64,000 bases of DNA, taken from assembly GCA_002269645.1 (NCBI GenBank), contig NIVC01001216.1:124001-188000 (forward strand). Direction: 5' to 3'. The notes beneath the pieces were generated by a model that was not told the origin of the DNA, did not search any database, and saw only the letters and a list, made by a program, of their open reading frames with translations. Shown piece by piece: positions 51,066 through 63,224 of the stretch (positions are counted from its first letter, which is position 1; every line of letters starts with the position of its first letter). This DNA comes from Macrostomum lignano. Lineage: Eukaryota. Both the position numbers and the translations under genes were made by a program.

Positions 51066-53117
51066 CCTGTGTACGCTCGTACTTTCTTGCAGTCGTGTTT
51101 TTTGCGTACATAAGCTGGCATTTGGGGAATGTTAAAATCAGAGTGCGTAGTTGTATGTCAATGACTTAAAATCCAGATTTATGTGAGCAGCTATAAGTCA
51201 TGGAAAACTTAAGTGAATGACGCTATAAATTCGATGTTCTTAGAAATGAGCTGGAATGTATGCACATGTAAATGTGTACACATTTGTCGTATTGATAAGG
51301 ATATAGCTATAGACTTTCAACATTGTTGTGATGAGACATATTGTTGGCAGGTTGGCCCCCCGAGTCTCTTCTAGTTGGAAAGCTACATGTGCCTGGGTAA
51401 AGACTGGTTTCTATCGGCGGATTAGCTTAATCTACGGATTGGCTTATTTTACATTTCATATTCTCCTTTCCAATTATCTCTCGCTGTTTTTTCTTACATG
51501 TAGCGTAGGACCTACGTAAATGCACATATTATATTTAGATGCGGCCTCCACATGCATGTACATGTATGCACCTTTGATCGACTCGACCAATATCTGACAG
51601 GATCGTAGGAGGCGAAAGTATTACATGTACATATATCACATGTAAGTGATTAATTTCTTTGCTTTGAGGCCCGATAAAGCCCATATCAAGGGCTTAAGAA
51701 GGCCTAACTCATCAATATTGTTAGTACATTTCGACCGAACACTTATCTGACAGTAGTAGGTTCTAGAACACATCTATGCACCCTACCGTAAAATTTACGG
51801 GGTTTTAATTTAATTTGCCTAAGACAGATTCGGTCGAGAAAAATCTGCGAATAGATTGACAAGAAATGAATGATTATTAATAAATATGAAACGAATAGAA
51901 AATATTTAGAATAGTGTCTTACTTTTGGCAAGGACTTTTGACCGGCCTATCTAATAATGGAGCTATAAGTATTAATTCCTGTAGTCCAGTACTCTAATAG
52001 AAAAGAATAGAAAAGTTAGTTAAATTATTTTTAACTATAAAACTAGGCACAGCTATGTATATTATTTAGGTGAAGGTAGTTTAACTAAGCTGGCATCGTT
52101 TCGTTAAAATGCGTACTCTAGACGCACGTTTTTAATATTGGCTAGATTCGTGGAAATATAACAAAGTTTCAAGAAGTGAGAAGCGACAGGACCGTTTTAC
52201 AGGGGTCTGAGTTTATGACACGAAGTTAATTTGATTGATGATGTGATATAACAAGCAATATATATTTCACTTTTTGTAGTCTTTCACTGTTTATAATTTT
52301 ATTTGCCATTGGCGCTTGATATTTTAGTTTTGATAATTGATAGTGGTGCTGCCGCCTGCCACTGCTGTGATGCTGTGTGTGTGTGCTGTGCATATCATAT
52401 GTATAAACTAGGCCTAGCAGCCTAGCATAGGCTATTTATAGAAAAAATTTATTTATTTATTTCTAGTTTTATTATTAGTTTCATTATATGAAGTACTAGG
52501 CCTACTTGATAGGCCTAGTAAAACTACAAAGTTGTCTGAATTTATAGGCCTAAATATACCATCCATTATGCCTATTGATGAAAAATCTTTGCAAACTTTC
52601 TTTAGGCCTAGCTGCTTAGGCTTTATAACATAAAATTGTAACTATTTTTGTGCTTTATTTAGTCTCAAATAGGGCCTAGGGGCTAAAAGTAAAATCATTT
52701 GAACTGAAATAGACTAAAAAATAAGAAGCTAGCCATACTTGGAGCTTGGAAGGGGGCATTGTCCTTTACACTATTAAAGTTTAGCATTAGCCATACCATA
52801 CCATTAGCCATAGCAAAGGTTTGCTGCCTGTTTGCACACATATTTTGCTAAACAATTTTATTTTTAGTAATTAGTTGTACTTTTTTGACTTATTACCCGA
52901 CATCCTATCTAGTCTATGCTACATATTATTTAAATTACATTTAGGAAAAGCCTATATAAAATAAAATGACCCCAATGACTTGGATAAATCCCTAATATAA
53001 ATGACATTAAAGTAAAAAATGAGTTGAATTTTTAGCATTAATTTGAATCCAGGGGCAGTTTTAAGGGTAGAGGCAGCCACTCCCCTTAAATAGCTTGACA
53101 GAACATATTGGGCTACA

Positions 53118-54070
53118 GGTCAAAAGGGCGACAGATCAAAAGGGTGACAGTTAAAAGGGCAACAGTCAAAAGGGCGACAGTCAAAAGGGCAACAATTAAA
53201 GTGTATTTATATTGAAAATACGAGTTCCACGTACATTAAAAGTATTTGTTAAAAGCGTAATATGTAATGCCGCTGTTGCATGTTCGGTGTTGCCAATGAT
53301 GGCAGCCATCACACTGCAAGCCTTGCTGACGATGGCGGACCTCATTTTCACATACTATGCATGAGTTATCCATTTTAAAGAAATCAATATGCAGCCTGCT
53401 TCCATCAGCTTTCTACTAGCATAACTACATGTAGCTATATATGCACCCAACTAAACCAAATGGCTACATGTACACACTCAAGCTCAACACGGCCCTTACC
53501 TATCCCCTTATTCCCCCCAAAGAATTTCACAGTCTGTTCACTGTTTAAATTTAAAAATTTCAACTTAAAAAAACAAAGATAATCAGTCCTCTATTTATTG
53601 TAACAAGTCGTATGAAAATGAAAATATAAGACTATCGCAAAACATTATTTTGACAATTGGTAATGCCAAAAAAAATTAAGATTGTAAAAATTGCGTTTGG
53701 TTCAATATGGAATTGCGCGCCGAAAAAAAGTCTCAATTTTCCGTCTTATATGCCAGATGCAAGAATTCCATGCTGGCTTATATGGTATAGTGATTTCAGT
53801 GAATGAAATAAATAAACCCCACTGATCTATGTTTCAATGTACAATGTATGAGCATACTTAAATATTAGAACCCCATTTTAACATACAAGTACAAATTGTT
53901 AGCACAAAAATTGTTATTGCTAAGATTCTAAGATTTTCTAAGAAACGAGGTTTCCCATCCTTCCACTTAAGTAGTTCTTGGTCTAATACCCTGTCGCCCT
54001 TTTGACTGTCGCCCTTTTGACTGTCGCCCTTTTGACTGTCGCCCTTTTCATCTGTCGCCCTTTTGATCGG
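53118..54070. mobile_element. Foldback-like element: inverted arrays of a 15-bp repeat
   Basis: (tcaaaagggcgacag)n at 53118-53195 versus (ctgtcgcccttttga)n at 53990-54070. Confidence 0.7.
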
Positions 54071-55547
54071 TTGCCACATATTGTGCCCCTCAAAAACCTA
54101 AGTTTGCACCCTTTAAACTTTATTTTTTGCCCCTAAACACCTTTTTGTGCCTATAAGCTTGATTTTTCATTCCATAATATGCTTTTTTGTGCCCCTAAGC
54201 TTGATTTTTTGCCCCCTATATTCACTTGCATCCTTTAGGTTAAAAATTGGTGCCCCTTATACTCCTATTGGTGCCCCAACTTGAAGTTCTAGATTTGCCA
54301 TTGTTTTATTCATTTTGAATTCAATTTGTCTATATAATTATATTGATGTCTAGGTAATCTAGGCTATATTCAAAATATTGGTATCCAACCTAGGGCTCTT
54401 TACTTTATTTTATTTTATATCTTAGATTCTTGGCAATTGGGAATTAATTACATAATTTGAGAATTGGGATTCAATCAGATTTAATCAAAAAAGTCAAAAT
54501 CCCCAATATCTATCATTGCAAGATTAAGATCTGTTTGATCTCTAAATTAATATGAAAACATCTATTAAGAAAAGATAAAAAATAAAACTTTATTTTTAAA
54601 CATCTAAATATTATATTTAAATAGATGACTATGGTCTCTGCTTTTTTAATTGGATATTTTTTATTATCTATAAGTTTAATGTTACTAAATGTTAATAATC
54701 ACTTATTAAATGGATGATTTTAGATTAGGCTTAAATATTATAAATTAAATACAAACAAAATTATTATTTAGGAAAATATATAAGAATTATTTTTAGATAA
54801 TTCTCTTTCTTCTAACATTAAATGTTGATTGTTACCATTATTAAAAATGAGTTGTTGTCTATCAATGGCTGTCATTTTAAACTTATAATACTGATAGGGG
54901 GCCTAGGTTATATGGTATTTAATATTTTGTGGTAGACAAAATGACTATAATAATAAAACTTATATTGGATTTAACTTATCTTTAAACATAGAGCCTATAT
55001 ATTAAGTTTTGTTGTACAAATATCAAAATAGAGAAATTATATATAAAACAATTGTAAAAGAGATATCAATTTCATTTTACATTTCCATCAATGGTAAACT
55101 TACATATAAGGGATTGTAGACAAAAGAAAATAAAATTAAATATGGTATGTAAACTAACAAATAGTTTTACAGTTTTTTAATCATATGCTTATATGTTTTA
55201 GTTTCATTATATGATGCCTTTAGTAGAAAATAAGTATATTCTATAACAAGAGGGGATTGTAAGACAAAAGTGAAGGGTGTGTATATGTCTATACAAAAAC
55301 ATATAAAAAACTAAACATGACAGAAAGCATATATTGGATTTTACTTTAATCTTTACAAACAAAGCCTATATATTTGTTTATGGCATTTTGACACTAATTG
55401 CAACCATGTGCATGTTTTATGTATATATGTCTCTAGAATGATTGAATGACATTTGTTAGTTTGCAAATTGCATGTATGTTCAATTTTATTTACTTTTATG
55501 CTACAATCCCCTATATATAATTTTGCATTTATGTGATTATAAAATGA

Positions 55548-55786
55548 AATTGAGTTACAATTAGTTAAATGGCTAAATAGTATATCAGGTGATTATAGGA
55601 TGAAATTAAAAAATATATATATATATTTTATATATATATTATATTTATTATTATTTTATTTTATTATTTATTATTTTAAATATATATTATATATATATAT
55701 ATTTTTTTTAAATATATATATTTTTTAATTTCATCCTATAATCACCTGAAATACAATTTAGCCATTTAACTAATTGTAACTCAATT
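55548..55786. repeat. AT-rich palindrome (~75-bp arms, almost pure A/T spacer)
   Basis: aattgagttacaattagttaaatggctaaa...ggatgaaattaaaaaatatata is mirrored by tatatattttttaatttcatcc...tttagccatttaactaattgtaactcaatt. Confidence 0.9.
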
Positions 55787-55925
55787 CACCCAGTAATAAA
55801 ATGGGTTCTAACATTAGCTGCGGTAATCGAGGGTGTGTGTGTTGACCTCCCAGTTCTTGGACTTAACAGCCATACTTAGCTTTCAGATTACACATTGGGG
55901 CAGGTGTAATCAATTATTATTGATT
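55783..55925 (+). mobile_element. SINE family A, degenerate 3' part
   Basis: ttcacccag..aaaatggg...cattagc...ggggcaggtgtaatcaattatt. Confidence 0.7.
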
Positions 55926-56084
55926 AGTATTTAATTGACTAGGCAATTCAAGTCCCAGAACTTAAGCTGTTGTAAAACCATATTAATAATCCTTAATTAG
56001 TAACCATCTAAAATATTTGGTTTTAAAGTTGAATTTATTCAAAGTTAGTCAAAACATTTAGCTGAATTCCACCCAATTGCCTCC

Positions 56085-58832
56085 ATGCATCCAACTGAAG
56101 TTGACGAGGTGACCGCAGATGGTCACGAAGATGACAATGTCAATGTTTGTCGGCGACCTGCAGGCTGTTCAGGTGCCAGGTCGCCAGGTGCCGTCACTGT
56201 CAATGCCCGCATGCGACCACCGCCCCGGCTGCTAACCCCTGCTGGTCTGTTGATCTGTTTGGTAGCTTTCTGCCTTGTGTTGCTATCACTAGCCAATGTC
56301 GTTCTCATACCGCTGATGTACTCAAATGCTACTGAGCGCTATCCCATGCGGCTGGACTATCATAATCTCTATGGCTATGGAATTTGGCTGGCCTTCCTGT
56401 TAGTTGGCTGTGGAACACTCGCTTTGAGAACTGCTCACGATGGCGCGGTTAGATCGGTAAGAATACTGATGCTTTTGTTTGTGTTAGCACATAAAAGCAC
56501 AGAGTGTACATACATGCATGTATAAGCGCGTCTGTTGCCACTCTGACTCTCCCTATCTGAGATTCTTTAGTTGCCTCTCTGAATCTTTTTGGTTGCCCTT
56601 CTGAGTCTCTTTGATATCCTGTTTTTCTTATTGTTGCCTCTCTAAGTCTCTGGTTTTCCTCTCTGTGTCTATTGGTTGCCTCTCTGAGTCTCTTTGGTTT
56701 TCCTCTCTGTGTCTATTGGTTGCCTCTCTGAGTCTCTTTGATATCCTGTTTTTCTTATTGTTGCCTCTCTAAGTCTCTGGTTTTCCTCTCTGAGTCTATT
56801 GGTTGCCTCTCTGAGTCTCTTTGGTTTTCCTCTCTGTGTCTATTGGTTGCCTCTCTGAGTCTCTTTGGTTTTCCTCTCTCAGTCTATTGGTTGCCTCTCT
56901 GAGTCTCCTTGGTTTTCCTCTCTCAGTCTATTGGTTGCCTCTCTGAGTCTCTTTGGTTTTCCTCTCTCAGTCTATTGGTTGCCTCTCTGAGTCTCCTTGG
57001 TTTTCCTCTCTGAGTCTATTGGTTGCCTCTCTGAGTCTCTTTGGTTTTCCTCTCTGTGTCTATTGGTTGCCTCTCTGAGTCTCTTTGGTTTTCCTCTCTG
57101 TCTATTGGTTGCCTCTCTGAGTCTCCTTGGTTTTCCTCTCTGAGTCTATTGGTTGCCTCTCTGAGTCTCTTTGGTTTTCCTCTCTGTGTCTATTGGTTGC
57201 CTCTCTGAGTCTCCTTGGTTTTCCTCTCAGGGTCTATTGGTAGCCTTTCCGAGTCTCTTTGGTTTTCCTCTCTCAGTCTATAGGTTGCCTCTCTGAGTCT
57301 CTTTGGTTTTCCTCTTTGTGTCAATTGGTTGCCTCTCTGAGTCTCTTTGGTTTTCCTTTTTGTATCTATTGATTGCCTCTCTGAATCTTTTTGGTTGCCC
57401 TTCTGAGTCTCTTTGATTTCCTGTTTGTCTTTTTGTTGCCTCTCTGAGTCTCTTTGGTTTTCCTCTCTATGTCTATTGGTTGCCTCTCTGAGTCTCTTGG
57501 TTTAATTGTCCTGTGTTTCTGTTGCCTCCTAAGCTCCATGACTCTGAGCATGCTAAACTTTCCTCTCTAAGCCTCCTTTTTTCAACATTCGATACCCTGT
57601 GCATTGTCAGTCTGCAAAAAAGTAATAGTTTTTTTCAAATTAGAAGTGCATCCATGTCATGCCCATAATTTTGCACACTGCCAGTTCATTCAGTTCTACG
57701 TGGTCTCCTGGGTCGCCGGTCTTGCCTGCATTGGCGTCGTGATCGCTCGGATTGTGTACTACGCTGACAAAGGATATAGCGATATAGCCACTGGATTGCC
57801 TGTAAGTAAACTTACTTGTTGCTACTTATGGTTGAAACATAAGTAGTATAGTGTTGTTGGTTTTTTTAATAGTAAGTGCTAATTATAAGACGGAAATTAT
57901 TAATACTTTTATAGTTAGTGATTACTAAATAGCTACTCATCTAAAGTGGCATTATGTATTATTTGTTATTCTCAAGTTAAGCAAATTTGGTTGTGGTTAG
58001 TACCCGTCATAATAGGCTGTTTGCGTCACTCCCTCATAAAATCGCGACCCCTGCATGCTGGCAGGGGGGTTGTGTGCACCCTATCGCACTTTAAGCGACA
58101 TAGGCACACAACCGGCGAGAGGCATTGCTGCCCATTCCGCCGACTCCCCTGAGCAGGCATACAAGCGCGCGGATACGTACGCAGGCACACACTCACACAG
58201 GAGTGTACAGCGGCCCTAACTTTATCAATTGTTAGGCATGTACACTTCACTGCGCCTTGGGGGGTTGGCTCTCAAGGCCGTTAATTGCACGAGCAGAGCC
58301 AAGCCGAGATTCCAATTCAGCCCCAAATTAATGTGACTGCACTTGGAATCGAGCCTGGGTCGCTGGTACACCAGAGCAGCTGCGCTACCGCTGGGCTACG
58401 GCCCCCGCCCATAGCCCTACTTCGACTATTATTTATTGGCTACTAACCACTGCCAAATTAGCTTAACTTGCAGCGCTGGCAGTGAATGCTCTAGTCTACT
58501 CAATACGTACTAAATTAAGTATCCGGTACGTCATAAATGCGCACAAATTTCAGCATAAACTGATGCAATTTTGGGTGCAAATTGCCTGCGACAGTTGCGC
58601 ACTGGCCAGCTTGCTGTTGATTTGTCCAAGTCTGCTGTTCTACCTGGGCACAGCCAGTAAGTACTGGGCCGCCATGGCAACTGGAGATCAGCCGTTGCAA
58701 CCTGATGAAGAAGATGCTGTTGTTACAACTATTAATACTGATGAAGCTGATCTCAATATTGATGAAGAACGAAGAAACGGTGAGGCTGCTAATGGAGTCG
58801 GGCGGAGCAGGGTCAGCGTGTGGAATGCATAA
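56085..58832 (+). CDS. Four-transmembrane MS4A/CD20-like protein, 3 exons, ~252 aa
   Basis: Exons 56085-56456, 57694-57801, 58554-58832 (GT-AG, phase 0; the exon-3 acceptor is the least certain). Four hydrophobic segments, YGYGIW...GCG.LAL in TM2, acidic cytoplasmic tail. Confidence 0.65.
56560..57530. repeat. ~44-bp pyrimidine-rich minisatellite in intron 1
   Basis: gcctctctgagtctctttggttttcctctctgtgtctattggtt, about 20 copies. Confidence 0.95.
58045..58408 (-). mobile_element. SINE family B, full-length, intron 2
   Basis: Reverse complement of 30396-30745 including the ggggccgtagcccagcggtagcg head. Confidence 0.9.
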
Positions 58833-59189
58833 ACTTCGAAGCCTATAAAATTCTCCAATATTTTTGTTATATAAATGTAACAGCAGTTGATAGGCTGTCT
58901 ACTGTAATTTTTTAAAACTGCTCTAATGTTATGTCAAACATGATTTCATATTTAATATTCAAATTATTTTGCAGTGTTGCGTTACATTATCAGCAGTCAC
59001 TCCTGATATCACTACCTGATATCACCATCACTAATCAATTAGAATGGAAATTTTCTCGGTAAAAGTTTCATTCAATATTTTGCCCGCTGATTGCTGGTTT
59101 ACAATTATTTAATAAGTTTGTTCTAATTTTTAGAACTATGTATTATCTGCAGAAAATTTTTCTAGAAAACTGGCTTTTTACAACTCTGA

Positions 59190-59750
59190 GGCCACAAATC
59201 GCCCCTGAAATTAAATTGTCATAAAGGGAAAGACTATCACCTGAACTCGCATTTACTTAGAGAATCGCCCCTGAAACTCTCATCAAAAGAAGAGAATCGC
59301 CCCTGAAACTCTCATCAAAAGAAGAGAATCGCCCCTGAAACTCTCAACAAGAAGAGAGAATCGCCCCTGAAAATATCAACAAAAGGAGAGAATCGCCCCT
59401 GAAACTCTCATCAAAAGAAGAGAATAGCCCCTGAAACTCTCATCAAAAGAAGAGAATCGCCCCTGAAACTCTCAACAAGAAGAGAGAATCGCCCCTGAAA
59501 ATATCAACAAAGGGAGAGAATCGCCCCTGAAACTCTCATCAAAAGAAGAGAATAGCCCCTGAAACTCTCATCAAAAGAAGAGAATCGCCCCTGAAACTCT
59601 CATCAAAAGAAGAGAATCGCCCCTGAAACTCTCATCAAAAGGAGAGAATCGCCCCTGAAACTCTCATCAAAAAAAGAGAATAGCCCTTGAAACTCTCAAC
59701 AAGAGGAGAGAATCGCCCTGAAACTCTCAACAAGAGGAGAGAATCGCCCT
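59190..59750. repeat. 32-bp minisatellite (aatcgcccctgaaactctcatcaaaagaagag), ~15 copies
   Basis: Head-to-tail copies with no spacers. Confidence 0.95.
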
Positions 59751-60524
59751 ACAATTCATCTTCCATTATATCAGAACAACAGAACTAGTGCAGTTCTTTA
59801 CTCCATCTGTCACTCACACGCAATGTTATTAATTTGTAGGTACACATTTGCACAGTGCACACCTGCGTATGTTAGTATATCCAAAATTATTTTTTTTGTT
59901 TTGACGATACTTTTTACAAGAAACTATTTTTAGATGTTTATTTATACAAGGCACAGTAAGATATTATACAGTTTCTATATATTTTTATTTTTTAAAGAAA
60001 TGTTTTTACGATTCGACATATAAATACGATTACGAACTTTTGCTGACGAATTTCTGCTAAGAAACTCAAAAAATTATCCAAAATTTTATTTTTTTAACTT
60101 AAAAAACACTCAAAATGCGTTTTATCTACTACAAGTAGCGCAATTGTTCTTTGAAATGGTTATAACTCTTTCCGGTGTGTTTTTAGTTAAAAAAATATTT
60201 TTAAAAATTTTAAGTTCATCATATAAAACTTCATCAGTGCACTGCTGTTATTGTAAAGCTACTCGTACATGATTATCATGTTGATGTAACGAATTTTCTC
60301 ATGAAGTTTTGTATTCAGTTCTTCACACAGGTAGTTTATGTAAATTTCCTGATTATTAACTTTTTATACTGTTCTTTGGTATGCGAGTTCGAGTATAGAT
60401 CTCGCTTATTTTACTCGGTAATTGTCAAGTAAACTTGTTGAAACTCTGTCATTCAGTTTTTTGCTTGTGTGCTTATCGTGAAGACGAATAGGCCTTGGTA
60501 GAATCTGAATAATTAGTATTGTGC

Positions 60525-61320
60525 TTTGAATAGTCAGTAATGAGATGTGAGTAGTCAGTATTGAGCTTTGAGTAGTCAGTTTTGAAATGTGAGTAATCAG
60601 TATAAAGATGTGAGTAGTCAGTATTAAGATGTGAGTAGTCAGTATTGAGATGTGAGTAGTCATTATTGAGATATGAGTAGTCAGTATTAAGATGTGAGTA
60701 GTCAGTATTGAGATGTGAGTAGTCATTATTGAGATATGAGTAGTCAGTAGTGAGATGTGAGTAGTCAGTATTAAGATGTGAGTAGTCATTATTGAGATAT
60801 GAGTAGTCAGTATTGAGATGTGAGTAGTCATTATTGAGATATCAGTAGTCAGTAGTGAGATGTGAGTAGTCATTATTGAGATATGAGTAGTCAGTAGTGA
60901 GATGTGAGTAGTCATTATTGAGATATGAGTAGTCAGTAGTCAGATGTGAGTAGTCAGTAGTGAGATGTGAGTAGTCAGTAGTGAGATGTGAGTAGTCAGT
61001 ATTGAGATGTGAAGAGTCAGTATTGAGATGTGAAGAGTCAGTATTGAAAAATGAGATCTCATTAGCTAGTATTGAGATGTGAGTAGTCAATATTGAGATC
61101 TGATTAGTCAGTATTGAAAATGAGATCTCAGTAGTCAGTATTGAAAATGAGATCTCAGTAGTCAGTATTGAAAATGAGATCTCAGTAGTCAGTATTGAAA
61201 ATAAGATCTCAGTAGTCAGTATTGAAAATGAGATCTCAGTAGTAAGTAATGAGATGCCAGTAGTCAGTAATGAGATCTCAGTAGTCAGTATCGATATCTA
61301 AGCAGGCAGTATTGGAATCT
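60525..61320. repeat. 21-bp minisatellite (gagatgtgagtagtcagtatt) just upstream of MON2
   Basis: Tandem copies with a gradual change of variant along the array. Confidence 0.95.
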
Positions 61321-61514
61321 AAGTAGAGAAATTGAAATGTGAGCAATGAGCAATAGGCACAGTAATTGCAAGAGCATGGCAACCCAATGATTCAATCGCT
61401 CGCTTTAATTCAATTCATGCTATTGCTAACAAAGTTTGAAAATAAATTAACTAACAAAATCGCCACAACAATCGCTAACTGGTATAGAGCTATAGAGTCA
61501 GCCAGACTGGCACA

Positions 61515-63142
61515 ATGTCTTCGGCTCAGGCTCTGGACCAGGTGAAAGCTGACTTGCGGGCCCTATCGGTTGAATCTCGACGCAAACAGCCGCAGGTTCG
61601 CGACGCATCCGAGGCCGCCCTGGTCCGGCTGGGGCAGTTGAATGTCTCGACGACTCCTGCTGAACAACTTCGCAGGGAGCTGCTTCAGATTAATAGCGAC
61701 TTGGTGCGGCCCGTGCTGTTGGCTTGCTCCACCAAGCATCCCAAACTGATACAACTGGCTTTGCAGGTTGGTGAATGGAGCTAACTTGCTACTGGTAGTA
61801 GTGCAGCTGGCTTTAGTACAGCTACTTACATTGTTGATTTTTGGTTATGACTAATCCGATATCTTCTCAGATTCTTTAGTGTTTGTAGCGACCCTCCAAG
61901 CATCTTAGTTTATGAGTCTTTGTTTGCACCTATATCATCAGTCTTTGCACCTAAATCGTCAAGTCTTTGTTTTCACCTAAATCATCAGTCTTTGTAACTG
62001 AATCGTTAGTCTTTTTTTGCACCTAAATCATCAGTCTTTGTAACTGAATCGTTAGTCTTTTTTTGCACCTAAATCATCAGTCTTTGTTTGCATCTAAATC
62101 ATCAGTCTTTGTTTGCACCTAAATCATCAGTCTTTGTTTGCACCTGAATCGTCAGTCTTTGTTTGCATCTAAATCATCAGTCTTTGTTTGCACCTGAATC
62201 ATCAGTCTTTGTTTGCATCTAAATCATCAGTCTTTGTTTGCACCTAAATCATCAGTCTTTGTTTGCACCTGAATCGTCAGTCTTTGTTTGCATCTAAATC
62301 ATCAGTCTTTGTTTGCACCTGAATCATCAGTCTTTGTTTGCATCTAAATCATCAGTCTTTGTTTGCACCTAAATCATCAGTCTTTGTTTGCATCTAAATC
62401 ATCAGTCTTTGTTTGCACCTAAATCATCAGTCTTTGTTTGCACCTGAATCGTCAGTCTTTGTTTGCATCTAAATCATCAGTCTTAGTTTGCACCCGAATC
62501 ATCAATTTTTGTTTGCACCTCAACAGTCTTTGGTTGCACCTAAACCATAGTCTTCGTTTGTACCTGAACCGCCAGTCTTTGTTTTCACCACACCGGATCA
62601 TCCCAGCAAGCCTCGAAGAGCTTATACACAGCACGAATCCCTCCCCGTAACCTCGTCAACAGGCCCTCCAGCGTCTTCTAGGCGCTCGACTAATCAGCGA
62701 AGAATCCGGCGCCATGGTAGTCCAGAGCATGTGGACCCTGATGGAGGAATCAGTTGAAGAGGTTCGCCTACTCCAAACCGCCATGCTGCTAGTTAGCAAT
62801 TGTCCCGGTCTAACTGGCCGACCCCTGTCCAAAGCGCTGGCTCTGGTGCTCAGACTGCATTTTAGTCGTAGCTCCATGGTGACTCAAACAGCCGCTGCCA
62901 CTATTCGACAGTGCCTTACGGCCGTGATGGACCGCGTGATGGTTGAAGACGCGGCCGCTCCGCCGCCAACTGGAAGCTCCTCGGAGGAGATTCAACCGGC
63001 CGCGGAGGACGCCAAGAATCTGCTGACAGACCTGTGCCTGCTGGTTAACGGAGAGCAGCCGCACTGGTTGCACGGCCTCACTACGATGACTCGGTCGCTG
63101 GGCTTGGAGCTGCTGCACGCTGCTTTGGCCGACTTTCCTAAG
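61515..63142 (+). CDS. MON2: Protein MON2 homolog, exons 1-2 (gene continues beyond window)
   Basis: Exon 1 61515-61766, exon 2 62663-63142. DLRALSVESRRK, LLACSTKHPKLIQLALQALQRL, EEVRLLQT, RLHF, TAAATIRQ, LTDLCLLVNGEQPHWL, LGLELL closely follow the MON2 N-terminal DCB domain. Confidence 0.93.
61905..62600. repeat. 25-bp minisatellite in MON2 intron 1
   Basis: tttgtttgcacctaaatcatcagtc tandem copies. Confidence 0.95.
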
Positions 63143-63224
63143 GTCAGTGAACTCGGGAGCGGCTTTCTCAGAAACACTTTGGCATATCTGGATTTTGGCG
63201 CCACCGTTTTAGCATCCGAGCGTA

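Noticed and set aside
59190-59750. 32-bp repeats as a CRISPR array
   Set aside because: Units are head-to-tail with no unique spacers, there are no cas genes, and the context is eukaryotic.
60406-61090. TTHISIL-repeat proteins
   Set aside because: Translations of a 21-bp minisatellite.
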